Shown here piece by piece: positions 1 to 8,631 of a stretch of 64,000 bases of DNA. A model generated the notes under the pieces. It saw only the letters and a program-made list of their open reading frames with translations. It was not told the DNA's origin and made no database searches. How positions within the stretch are numbered: the first letter of the stretch is position 1; the number at the start of each line of letters is the position of its first letter. The stretch is from Candidatus Roizmanbacteria bacterium RIFCSPLOWO2_01_FULL_35_13 (GTDB lineage: Bacteria > Patescibacteriota > Microgenomatia > UBA1406 > GWC2-37-13), in contig MGAF01000026.1 in assembly GCA_001789635.1 (NCBI GenBank), positions 5,055 to 69,054 on the forward strand. Direction: 5' to 3'. The position numbers and the translations under genes were made by a program.

Positions 1-2
1 TT

Positions 3-191
3 CAAGATAACACTGAGGTTTTTATGGAAGCAATAAACGAAGTTAGCGAGCCGTTTTACTACTATTGGGATAAGATTCAATATCGCAATATAATTCCAGG
101 AGACATAAATCCGAAGGAGTTCTGGTATATTGTCAAACAGGTCCGAAAATATTCTTCTAGAAAAACCAAAATAAAAGCTGAAAATGGATAA
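3..191 (+). CDS. Fic-family protein, N-terminal fragment (5' end outside window), ended by in-frame TAA at 189-191
   Basis: Frame 3 is open from the window edge (..PKEFWYIVKQVRKYSS..) to TAA 189-191. The same frame then reopens and runs without a stop into the Fic ORF. Confidence 0.45.
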   Translation, partial: QDNTEVFMEAINEVSEPFYYYWDKIQYRNIIPGDINPKEFWYIVKQVRKYSSRKTKIKAENG

Positions 192-386
192 TATTACTCT
201 TGGTTACACTTAAGTTATACGGAAGAATTTCTGCATAAGTTAGATACTCAATTAGTAACAAATGAATTAGTTACTCTCGGCAAAACCTCTTTTGATGCAG
301 AACAAAGAAAAAAGTTTTTAACGAAAAGTATTATAGAGGAAGCCATTGCATCCAGTCAATTAGAAGGAGCAGCGACAACAACAAGT

Positions 387-1289
387 ATGGCAAAAAAATT
401 ACTTGCAGAAAAAAGAACGCCTACAGATAGATCAGAAAGAATGATAGTTAATAACTATAAAACAATGCAGGCATTAAATTCAGAATACAAAGATAAAAAA
501 CTTTCGCATGAAGTTTTGTTTGATTTGCACCGTTTAATTACAAGAGATACCTTAGAACAAGATAAACAGGGAAGATATAGAAAAGATTCAGATGATATTA
601 CGATTAACGATAAATTGAAATTTATTTATTATATTCCTCCTAAAGAGGTCTTTGTAGCTCAAGAGATTAAAGAATTAATAAAGTTTGCTAATGATGCGGA
701 TGGTCGAGGTTTTACCCACCCAATTATTAAGGCCATATTTCTACATTTTTGGATAGGAATACTGCACCCTTTTTGTGATGGGAATGGGAGATTGGCAAGA
801 ACAATATTCTATTGGTATCTTTTGAAAAAAGGTTATGGAGTTATGCAATATTTACCTATATCTTTAGTTATTAAAGAAGCGCCAATACAATATGGTATGG
901 CCTATGTTTATAGTGAACAGGATGATTTTGACTTAACTTATTTTTATGATTTTCATATGAGAAAACTTATGCAGGCTTTAAGAAATTTTAAGGCTTATTT
1001 ACAAAGAAAAATTGAGGAGAATAAGAATATTCAAAATCTTTTCAGTGAGGATTATGCTTTAAATTCTAGACAGATTCAAGCACTACACTACTTATTAACC
1101 AAAGGAGAGGGATATTATATAAACCCTTCATCCTATGAAGCCCTGTGTGGAATTAGTCGAACCACAGCAATTTCGGATTTAAAAATGATTCAAAGACTAA
1201 ATTTAGTTATGAGAAAAAAAGTAGGGAAATACGTTCGTTATTATGGCTCTGCTTTATTAAAAGAATCTTTAAATAAAAATGCCAAATAA
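387..1289 (+). CDS. Fic/DOC family protein (AMPylase-type Fido domain); probably the distal part of a disrupted longer gene
   Basis: Canonical Fic motif HPFCDGNGRLAR (HxFx[D/E]GNGRxxR). The in-frame sequence upstream of the ATG (192-386) encodes EAIASSQLEGAATT, which is typical of Fic N-terminal regions. Confidence 0.85.
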   Translation: MAKKLLAEKRTPTDRSERMIVNNYKTMQALNSEYKDKKLSHEVLFDLHRLITRDTLEQDKQGRYRKDSDDITINDKLKFIYYIPPKEVFVAQEIKELIKFANDADGRGFTHPIIKAIFLHFWIGILHPFCDGNGRLARTIFYWYLLKKGYGVMQYLPISLVIKEAPIQYGMAYVYSEQDDFDLTYFYDFHMRKLMQALRNFKAYLQRKIEENKNIQNLFSEDYALNSRQIQALHYLLTKGEGYYINPSSYEALCGISRTTAISDLKMIQRLNLVMRKKVGKYVRYYGSALLKESLNKNAK

Positions 1290-1334
1290 GGCTAACTTTA
1301 AATGCGAAGTCCCGATTGTTTGTCGGGACGAAGT

Positions 1335-1362
1335 GTGGAGCACAGCGAATTATAATCTTGAG
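1335..1362 (+). repeat. 28-bp direct repeat GTGGAGCACAGCGAATTATAATCTTGAG (left copy)
   Basis: 27/28 identical to 2156-2183. The two copies bracket ORF 1489..1713, GIY-YIG gene 1 and a hairpin array. Confidence 0.8.
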
Positions 1363-1488
1363 CAAAGTCGAAAGACAAAGTTTATAACTTTTTTACATCG
1401 GTGATGTGTTAATCCCGCAAAGTCAGAATTACTTTTCTATACAAATGGCGCTTGTTAGAAGTACAAATCAATAATATAATATTTCCAA

Positions 1489-1713
1489 ATGGAAAATAGA
1501 ACTTTGCTTTGTAGGTGTAAAAAAATTATACCTATTGAAGGAGATGGTGCCGGAAATACGTTAGTTCATTATTTACGGGTTATTTACCATTTAAAAGGAC
1601 CTCCTCATAATTTTAAATATCCTGTTCATTTGTCAACCGGAGCAGACGGTAAATATGAAAGATTTGGAGACGATATTAAACCAGGTTTCGTAGTAAGTCT
1701 TGAAAGAAAATAA
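1489..1713 (+). CDS. hypothetical protein (74 aa)
   Basis: ORF only; no motif recognised. Confidence 0.3.
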   Translation: MENRTLLCRCKKIIPIEGDGAGNTLVHYLRVIYHLKGPPHNFKYPVHLSTGADGKYERFGDDIKPGFVVSLERK

Positions 1714-1761
1714 CTCTAAATTAGATTTAAATATTTTTTAAAGTTCTTTTTATAAATTCTT

Positions 1762-2019
1762 TTAATTGTTTTCTTCCAACCCGCTTTTCAAAAATACTTC
1801 TCTTGCTTTTGCATCTTCAATATTAATGAAGTATTCGTAGTGAATTAATTTAAAAGGAGTTCGGAATTTTGTTGAAGTAACTAATCCTTTTGCATGTTTG
1901 ATTAATCGTAATTTTAAGTCAGTTGTAAATCCTGTGTAGAAGTTGTGATCTTTTAATGAATATAGAGTGTAAACGTAATACCGTTCTTTTTTATTTTGTG
2001 AAGTATTATATTTCTGCAT
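1762..2019 (-). CDS. GIY-YIG nuclease family protein (small, UPF0213-like)
   Basis: YYVYTLYSLKDHNFYTGFTTDLKLRLIKH matches the GIY-(10-11 aa)-YIG pattern. ATG at 2019 is preferred over GTG at 2025. Confidence 0.8.
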   Translation of the reverse strand: MQKYNTSQNKKERYYVYTLYSLKDHNFYTGFTTDLKLRLIKHAKGLVTSTKFRTPFKLIHYEYFINIEDAKAREVFLKSGLEENN

Positions 2020-2022
2020 ATT

Positions 2023-2232
2023 CACCGAGTCTGACTCGGTGGCGACGTCTGACGTCGCAAGAAAAAAGAATATATGGAAAGTGCCAAGTCTAACTTGGTC
2101 ACCTTCGTCAAACTCGTCTTTGCCAAGAGTACTTGGCGCAGCCGAGTCTGACTCGGTGGAGCACAGCGAATTATAATCCTGAGAGAATGTAATTAGTCGA
2201 AGGACCAGGTCAGGTGCCAGACGGCATCTGAC
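2023..2232. repeat. Array of six short GC-rich hairpins, most centred on TCTGA/TCTAA
   Basis: CACCGAGT-CTG-ACTCGGTG (2023-2041), GCGACGT-CTG-ACGTCGC (2042-2058), an imperfect hairpin at 2081-2102, GCCAAG-AGTA-CTTGGC (2122-2137), CCGAGT-CTG-ACTCGG (2142-2156), GTCAG..CTGAC (2209-2232). Confidence 0.8.
2156..2183 (+). repeat. 28-bp direct repeat (right copy)
   Basis: GTGGAGCACAGCGAATTATAATCCTGAG, 27/28 identical to 1335-1362. Confidence 0.8.
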
Positions 2233-2271
2233 GAAGTTAATAAATTTATTTACTTATTTAGAAAAGTCATT

Positions 2272-2756
2272 CTATTTTAATTTCATTTCTAGTTCAAATA
2301 TATCTCTCAAGGGAATATCTTGGTTGCCAATAAGCGGTATTTGTGGTTTTATTTTTCTTACTTGTTCTATGATGTCAGGATAAATAGCGATAATTTTAAA
2401 TCCTCTTTTTTGGTAAAATTTTAGAGCATTAAGGTTATCATTGGTAGTTTCTAATAATAATCTTGAAATGTCTTTATCTTTAACATTTTGTTTCAATTTC
2501 TCTAAAAGTAATGTGCCTATTCCTTCATTTTGTTTTAAACTGTTGAAAGTGATTATTCTGCATTCGGTATTTTCAATAATGTAAGTCAAAAATCCTACAG
2601 TTTCACTTTTTTTTCCGCTATTAAACCAGGTAAATCAATTGGTTTATACTTCTTAAGTTGAGCGGTAACAATAAAATCAGAACACCATTCTTTTATGAGA
2701 AAGGTATTAATCCATTCAAAGTCATTATCTGATTTTGGTCTGATATTTATTCTCAT
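2272..2756 (-). pseudogene. GNAT N-acetyltransferase split by a frameshift in an A8 run
   Basis: An N-terminal piece (ATG 2756 to TAG 2595) encodes MRINIRPKSDNDFEWINTFLIKEW..LIAEKKVKL*. The C-terminal piece 2272..2589 carries the GNAT core (NEGIGTLLLEKL, QKRGFKI). One extra A in the run at about 2606-2613 would join them. Confidence 0.65.
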
Positions 2757-2799
2757 GAAGATAATCTTATCAAATTAATTAAATTAATCTTTTATTTCT

Positions 2800-2836
2800 C
2801 CCCACTTCGTTACAAAGAACTTCGTTTGGGACGAAA
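2800..2836 (+). repeat. CCCCACTTCG-N-CTTCGTT-N-GGGA element (left copy)
   Basis: Same architecture as 3139-3172. The two copies are direct repeats bracketing GIY-YIG gene 2. Confidence 0.65.
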
Positions 2837-3070
2837 TTAAATCAAGCGTTTATTTCGAAATGCAAAACCGGATGGAGTTTTCAGATATTTTTCAAAATGT
2901 AATGCTTTTAGTTTTGAGGTAAAAGATGCATAAAAAATTAGCTTTGGTTCTAGATTTTTGGTATGAATTATTTTATTTTTAATGTGATCATTAACTCTTT
3001 GTTTTAAATTATCTGAATATCCGATGTAATGTGTTTGGTTTTTTAGAAGGAGTATATAAACATAATGCAT
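2837..3070 (-). CDS. GIY-YIG nuclease family protein (77 aa)
   Basis: MHYVYILLLKNQTHYIGYSDNLKQRVNDH matches the GIY-YIG pattern. Confidence 0.8.
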   Translation of the reverse strand: MHYVYILLLKNQTHYIGYSDNLKQRVNDHIKNKIIHTKNLEPKLIFYASFTSKLKALHFEKYLKTPSGFAFRNKRLI

Positions 3071-3138
3071 GAAAATAAATTAAGAGTAATTTAAAAAGAA
3101 GTCAATGGATTATAAGCTACAAAGGAATTGGAATAAAG

Positions 3139-3172
3139 CCCCACTTCGCCCAAAAGGCTTCGTTAGGGATAC
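3139..3172 (+). repeat. CCCCACTTCG-N-CTTCGTT-N-GGGA element (right copy)
   Basis: CCCCACTTCGCCCAAAAGGCTTCGTTAGGGA. A further degenerate copy starts at 3242. Confidence 0.6.
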
Positions 3173-3365
3173 ACTTCGCGTGAAAAAAATATAGTTTGGT
3201 TAATTAATTAGTGGCCGTGCCACAATGTAGAAAATAAATTGTCCCACTTCGTTCCTTCGGAACTATGTTGAGGACACCACTTCTAGGTGGTAGTTGTAAG
3301 GTTGGATAATAATTATTGGTGCCGAGCACCTAACGTAGCTCTGTACCATTTGGTACAGAGCGAAG

Positions 3366-3789
3366 TGGTGGAGGTGCCGGGAATTGAACCCGGGTCCGGA
3401 AGGGCCATTTTAAAAATGTTTAGGTAGAGATAGATTATTTAAATTAAATTCAAATGACAAATAATCAAATGTCAAATGAACGACGATTGATGTTTTTTTG
3501 ACTAATTCGTCAATCGTAAACACGAATTTCGCCTCACCTTAATTGGTTTATCTCTTAATTAAGTTGAACTAAGGGAAACTTAATCAGAGGATCTCAAAGT
3601 TTAGCCTGCGTAAACGAAGGCCTGCTTTTGAGCATATTGGGCAGCAATTACGCCTTCCAATTGCTCTCTAGCGAACGCTCTAAGATCAGCAAAAATATCA
3701 TTCTTTGCTGTTGATTTTTCTGTTTAACGGACAGGTCCGCTCTACCGATTTTTAAAAGTGCATGCTTTCCGTCGATTCCTTTCACCCCC
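3366..3789 (-). ncRNA. ssrA: tmRNA (SsrA), about 424 nt
   Basis: The minus strand starts GGGGGTGAAAGGAATCGACGG and ends ..CCGGGTTCAATTCCCGGCACCTCCACCA. It has a 7-bp acceptor stem with G3-U70, a T-arm and a CCA end. smpB lies immediately upstream on the same strand. Confidence 0.9.
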
Positions 3790-3921
3790 TGTTAGAAACT
3801 GTTTGTGATTTCGACAAAGTCGAAAACACATTATAGTTTCTTACATCCGCCAGCAAACGCTCTTCGAGTCGCAGTTCAAATGAACTAAGGCGAGAAGTAA
3901 GTTGCGGCGGACACTCTATCG

Positions 3922-4371
3922 TTAACTTTTTAAATATTCCTTTGCTTCCCGTTCTTCGTCTAATGCAATATCTCTCTTTTTCTCCAGCTTCTTCTTTTCT
4001 AACCCTTTTCTTCCTTTAGCTAAGGCTATTTCCAGCTTGATTAAACTGTCCTTATTATAACATGAGACAGGCACGATTGTCAATCCGCCCGGACCTGCTA
4101 ATTTCGTCTTTAAGCGTATTATTTCCCTTTTATGAAGTAGTAATTTTCGCGTTCTTCTCGAATCATATCCCTGCGGACGGGCATACTCATAAACTGAGAT
4201 TTCGGCATTGATCAGATAAACTTCAGAACCCATAATTTTGGCGAAACTGTCCTCAAGTCTTATTCTTCCGGCTCTTACAGATTTTACCTCGGGTCCGGTT
4301 AAAGCAATTCCAACCTCATACTTTTCTACCTCCTGATAGTCTCTGCGGAATTTGCGATTATAGATTCTCAT
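3922..4371 (-). CDS. smpB: SsrA-binding protein SmpB
   Basis: Typical SmpB sequence (GIALTGPEVKSVRAG, RTRKLLLHKREI) with a basic C-terminal tail, next to the tmRNA. Confidence 0.9.
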   Translation of the reverse strand: MRIYNRKFRRDYQEVEKYEVGIALTGPEVKSVRAGRIRLEDSFAKIMGSEVYLINAEISVYEYARPQGYDSRRTRKLLLHKREIIRLKTKLAGPGGLTIVPVSCYNKDSLIKLEIALAKGRKGLEKKKLEKKRDIALDEEREAKEYLKS

Positions 4372-4460
4372 GCAAGAATTTTAGCAGATTTATTTAAGTT
4401 GATACTTAATCTATGATAGGATTGTCTCTGTCAATCTCTTTCACTGCGGGGGTGTTAAGG

Positions 4461-5369
4461 TTAATTTTTTAAGTCAAGAAAATCATCAATCACTTTCTTC
4501 ATTTTTTCAAATTGAATAAAGGGAGTTAGGTGGCCGGTTCCATGGAAGATATAAACTTTTGCCCCAGGATAATATTTTTTAAACATTCCATCATCTTGAG
4601 CTAGCGGGTCATCGCTGGTTTTTATTATCAGGATATTTTTACTCCATCCGGAAAAAACATTTCCATTCCAGGTTTTTTCCTCTCTTTCCATGTTTGTTCC
4701 CAATCTGTAAAATGAATTTAAATACTCTCTGTTTAAAAAATCCAGTCCAAAACGGTTAATAAATTCCATCCGTCTTTCTAAATTGATTTTTGGCGAATAT
4801 TTTTTCCATAAACTTGGTACATCCAAATCTCCAACCTGAGCTTTGCCCGCATTTTTTCTAACCAAAAAGCGAAGCAATGTCAGAGGAATTATCGGAAGAA
4901 AAAAATAAGCAATCTTTCCCGGTATTATTACTTTTTTAATTACTGTTTTTGACTTAGTAGATGCGGTGTGGACGAGTATCAATTTAATTACTCTTTTTTT
5001 GTTTACCCTGACGTAGTGTTGAGCAATAAATCCGCCCAAAGAAAGTCCATAGACTATTATTTTATTAACTTTCTCGATTTCCAGGATTTTATTAATAAAA
5101 GTAAAAAAAGTTTTTAGATCAGAAAATCCGGCAATACTTAAAGAAATTACTTTGTACTTTTTTTCATAGACATCAATCAAGTCGTAACTGGAATACATAT
5201 CCTGACCGCCTCCGGGGAAAATAATAAGTCCGGTTTCACTTTTCCCACATGATATATATTTACCAACAACATTATTGATTGTTAAACTTTTAACAGGATG
5301 TTTGTTAATAAACTCGTCGATAAAAGTCATAGACAAATTATACTCGCTGGATTTCAGATAACTCTTCAT
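4461..5369 (-). CDS. alpha/beta hydrolase
   Basis: Nucleophile elbow GLSLGG, and GHLTPF near the C-terminus. Confidence 0.7.
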   Translation of the reverse strand: MKSYLKSSEYNLSMTFIDEFINKHPVKSLTINNVVGKYISCGKSETGLIIFPGGGQDMYSSYDLIDVYEKKYKVISLSIAGFSDLKTFFTFINKILEIEKVNKIIVYGLSLGGFIAQHYVRVNKKRVIKLILVHTASTKSKTVIKKVIIPGKIAYFFLPIIPLTLLRFLVRKNAGKAQVGDLDVPSLWKKYSPKINLERRMEFINRFGLDFLNREYLNSFYRLGTNMEREEKTWNGNVFSGWSKNILIIKTSDDPLAQDDGMFKKYYPGAKVYIFHGTGHLTPFIQFEKMKKVIDDFLDLKN

Positions 5370-5419
5370 CCCAAAAGCAAAGTATTGATATAATTGGCCT
5401 ATTAAAACTTTTTACTAAA

Positions 5420-6346
5420 ATGCCGGAAAATTCACTTAAATTAGTTAGAAAAAGAAAAATTCTTGTTAAAGAATTCGCACCCACTGTCAATAATTTTCCC
5501 ATAATCGGTATTCAATCGCCCGAGACAAGATCCTTAAATGTGGGCTATATTGAAAAACAAGGACGTAGGTCGTCATTTATTCCCTGCCGGTTGAATTTAG
5601 GAGGCTTCTGTGAGACGATGGCAGAAGCAGCAACTATCCAGAGTTTGAATACTCCATTGATAAAGAAAATAATTACGCAATATAATCCGTCTGAAATATC
5701 AACCATTACGATTTTGCGGGAAGCGGCTGCCTGCCATCTCTCAACCGCACTCTATCAAGTCGGTGTTAATAACTATTATAGCGACTGTTTTATTGGCGCT
5801 ACCCACGTTAAAAAAGCCAATTTAATTACAGCCAGTTATCAATACGAGAATAAAGAAGGTTTGTGTAAGGGTGGTTTTTGGATTATCGCCGACAGTATTG
5901 CCGCCGGTCGCAATCTCACAGTCACTTTAAAGTCATTGTTGCCGAAGTATCAACCTAAAGAAATTTTATTCCTGGTTCCTATAGGTAACCGCTGGGGCAT
6001 CAATCGGCTCAGTCAACTCCTGAATAAGCATAAAATTAAAGCGACTTTTTTAGTCTGGGGTGCTTTATTCGGTCTTAATCCTGAAAATCGGTATGATGAA
6101 CCCTGGGGATTGCCTGATTGTGAACCGATTGATTATCGCGACCAGCAAACATTCATTAGTATCTACGGACCTGACTTGTGCGTCGGAGGAGATTTCGGAA
6201 ATGATTTTTATTGTGTGTACTTAGCTCTAGAATTATATAAAGAGCAACTGAAAAAATTGAAAATCAAACCTAAAATTCCTTCCCTAGAACAGGTACTAAA
6301 AATATATAAACCCGACGAACTAATCGTAAAATTACCTTTGAAATAA
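5420..6346 (+). CDS. divergent phosphoribosyltransferase-like protein (UPRTase-like motifs)
   Basis: ILREAAA, WIIADSIAAGRNL (PRPP-loop-like) and GGDFGNDFY resemble the UPRTase ILRAG, DPMLATGGS and GDAGDR motifs. Judged by eye only. Confidence 0.4.
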   Translation: MPENSLKLVRKRKILVKEFAPTVNNFPIIGIQSPETRSLNVGYIEKQGRRSSFIPCRLNLGGFCETMAEAATIQSLNTPLIKKIITQYNPSEISTITILREAAACHLSTALYQVGVNNYYSDCFIGATHVKKANLITASYQYENKEGLCKGGFWIIADSIAAGRNLTVTLKSLLPKYQPKEILFLVPIGNRWGINRLSQLLNKHKIKATFLVWGALFGLNPENRYDEPWGLPDCEPIDYRDQQTFISIYGPDLCVGGDFGNDFYCVYLALELYKEQLKKLKIKPKIPSLEQVLKIYKPDELIVKLPLK

Positions 6347-6822
6347 ATCTCACTTATTCATTTTTCTCTAAATGAGTTGTTGCTCCTGCTTAGGTTTTGC
6401 TATACTTCTAAAATGAATAATGGGTTTGTTTAACACGTCTTAACCGACGGAACAGACGGAGAAAAATGGTTGAAAAAAATTCTTTCAAAAGAACTTAGCT
6501 TTGATCCAAAACGAATTTATAAATGGTGTTTTTTTCAAACAGTTTTATCAGGTGTTTGGACAATTGACAGTTCAAAAGACATATCTCATGCCCTTAAGGT
6601 AGTCCGCGCCTTGAATAGATTGTAATTTAATTTATATCTAAAAAATCTTCTAGATTTATCTGACAATCTATATCATTCCGGAGGTAATACCATAATTTTT
6701 TTTCTCCGATAGTCTTAAAGCATGATTTTATGCAAATTAAATATTTGTTACTTGGAGTATAACCCGTAACGACTTAAAGGTGATATTTCTTTAATGATAA
6801 GAGATAATAATGTTTAAGCCCT

Positions 6823-7611
6823 ATGTGGCAATATATTAAATTTGTATTAGCAGCGGTTGGATTCATAAGCATTTGCATAATTATTTTTTTTCTACCTAAT
6901 TTATTCCTCGAGGCTAAATACTCAAATGTACAACCCACACCAATTCTCACTCAGGAAATTCTCATTCCAACAATGAGATTGAGAGGATATTGTAATAGAT
7001 CAACACCCTATAAACAAAAGGCAGAATTTGGAAGAGCTTTAGGTTTAATTATGCAAAGAACTTATAACAATGAACGCCCGTTTTTTATGTTCACCGAAGG
7101 TGGTTATAGGGATATAATTAACTGCACACAAGTTGTTTACTCTAATAGTAGAGAAAGCTTTGGGGCGGAAGGTTTCTTTGAATTCAATCCTCAAAAGGCT
7201 AATCATTCTTATTTACCAATTTATGTTGATCAAAATTACAAAGAGGCTGATGACATATTAACCGCTGTTCTTCTATCACATGAGATGATGCATGCGCTTC
7301 AATTCCTTGATAAACTGAACGGAGAACTTACACTTTCATGTTATGATCAAGAAGTAAGCGCCTATTTAACGCAAGCGTTTTTTATTCACTCCTTAAATAA
7401 AGAAGAAATTAATTCCCTAGAATCTAGGATTAATCAACAAGGAACTCATCCTCAACTTCAAATAATTAAAAATTTAGAGAATTTATTAATAGAGTCGTTG
7501 AATTATTGCGGATACCAAAATACGAATTGTTGGTTAGATCGATTTAAAGCTAATATATCAAATATGGTTTCCAGTAATCAATTTTATCAAGAACAATGTA
7601 AAGGGCGCTGA
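6823..7611 (+). CDS. membrane-anchored putative zinc metalloprotease
   Basis: N-terminal TM helix and an HExxH motif (SHEMMHALQ). Confidence 0.45.
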   Translation: MWQYIKFVLAAVGFISICIIIFFLPNLFLEAKYSNVQPTPILTQEILIPTMRLRGYCNRSTPYKQKAEFGRALGLIMQRTYNNERPFFMFTEGGYRDIINCTQVVYSNSRESFGAEGFFEFNPQKANHSYLPIYVDQNYKEADDILTAVLLSHEMMHALQFLDKLNGELTLSCYDQEVSAYLTQAFFIHSLNKEEINSLESRINQQGTHPQLQIIKNLENLLIESLNYCGYQNTNCWLDRFKANISNMVSSNQFYQEQCKGR

Positions 7612-7705
7612 AAAAACTTGTTTTTGGTTTAATACTTATTCATTAAATCTCAATCATTCGCTTGACTGTATTTAAATAAAGGATTATTATTGCGATGTTT
7701 TAACT

Positions 7706-7996
7706 ATGGAAAAAATATTTAAGATCTTAATTATCATATTAGTTTTGTTTAGTTTTCTTTTGTTTACAGAAAATGCTAATGCTTTTCGTATTAATATTCC
7801 TTTCTTACGAAAAGCTGTAAAGCCGTCATGTATTGCGCATAAAAAATGTAAACCAAAACAAACTTCGACTCCAACATCTACACCTACTCTAACTCCAACA
7901 AATACACCAATCCCTACACCTGCCATTATTGTTTTTGCCCAAAATCGACCAGCATCTTTTAATACCGATCCCTTTTCAATTCCTTTAGGTTATTGA
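7706..7996 (+). CDS. secreted protein fragment: signal peptide plus T/P-rich linker, ended by TGA at 7994-7996
   Basis: Signal-like MEKIFKILIIILVLFSFLLFTENANA, then TSTPTSTPTLTPTNTPIPTP. Same frame as 8057..8512. Confidence 0.55.
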   Translation: MEKIFKILIIILVLFSFLLFTENANAFRINIPFLRKAVKPSCIAHKKCKPKQTSTPTSTPTLTPTNTPIPTPAIIVFAQNRPASFNTDPFSIPLGY

Positions 7997-8056
7997 TCAA
8001 TAACCTTTAATGTTTTTTCTACAGACTTTATTATCAACTGGGCACCACAAGTAAGC

Positions 8057-8512
8057 ATGGATGGCGGAACCACTTATAAGGAACAACATAGATTTCGTTG
8101 TAGTGGAGGAACTTGTCCAGTTGTAACAATTCCAATCTTAAATAATTCATATATCTTTAGCACTGGAACTTCTGCTGGTAATATAACGGCAATTGGAACT
8201 CTTAATATTGAACCAGAAGCACAAGTTATAATATTAGGAAATAGTGTTGATCTCCCCTTTACTTCAAGTAGTTTTGACTCGACAGGTTTTACTTCAATTA
8301 CTGTTACAGTGGGACAAGGTAATCCTCAAAATCTAACTGGAATATCTTTACAAAGGTTTGAAAGCGGTTCATTTGTTGAAAAAGTCCATCTAAATTGCGA
8401 CGGAGGAGCAGAATGTCCTCTTCAAAGTATGAATTTAATAGGGGGAAATTATCAGGTGGTAGTAGAAGGATCAGGTTCAGATGCGTTAGTAGGTTCAATA
8501 TTGAGACCTTAA
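8057..8512 (+). CDS. beta-rich extracellular-type domain, probably the continuation of 7706..7996
   Basis: In frame with the upstream ORF, with no stop between 7997 and 8056 and no signal peptide of its own. Confidence 0.5.
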   Translation: MDGGTTYKEQHRFRCSGGTCPVVTIPILNNSYIFSTGTSAGNITAIGTLNIEPEAQVIILGNSVDLPFTSSSFDSTGFTSITVTVGQGNPQNLTGISLQRFESGSFVEKVHLNCDGGAECPLQSMNLIGGNYQVVVEGSGSDALVGSILRP

Positions 8513-8631
8513 TTTTTTCTTCGCAGATTACGATTGAGATTTTGGACTAATTTTTCTCCCCAAAGTTTCTTTTTAAACTTATTTTTCTTTTTAACGACTT
8601 TTTTAAGTATTCTCATTATTTAATTTTAAAA

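Noticed and set aside
2023-2232. Possible CRISPR-like array, because of the regularly spaced short palindromes.
   Set aside because: The hairpin units differ in sequence, the spacing is irregular (0-50 nt), there are only six units, and the window has no cas genes. They fit miniature palindromic repeats better.
2800-3372. CCCCACTTCG motifs as att-site duplications of the tmRNA 3' end (..CTCCACCACTTCGC..), marking a tmRNA-integrated island.
   Set aside because: The motifs are inverted relative to the tmRNA end and not direct. The shared core is only about 8 nt. The motif also occurs far away (21842-21851). No integrase is present.
6440-6625. Gene remnant encoding ..KWLKKILSKELSFDPKRIYKWCFFQTVLSGVWTIDSSKDISHALKVVRALNRL*.
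   Set aside because: The frame is open for only about 62 codons after a TAA and has no ATG, GTG or TTG start. No motif was recognised. It may be a decayed gene but cannot be called.
7994-7996. TGA recoding (code 4 or 25) or selenocysteine at the in-frame TGA.
   Set aside because: TGA terminates many well-bounded genes here (for example 6823..7611, 35407..36063, 37363..38256 and 38373..45857). The 7.5-kb and 3.6-kb ORFs contain no in-frame TGA. The palindrome has the UGA in its stem/loop and not upstream of a SECIS-type hairpin. No sel genes are visible.
8509-8616. 35-aa highly basic minus-strand ORF (MRILKKVVKKKNKFKKKLWGEKLVQNLNRNLRRKN).
   Set aside because: It is a poly-lysine translation of an A/T-rich spacer, with no supporting signal. 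It might be a ribosomal-protein-like peptide, but the sequence alone cannot show that.
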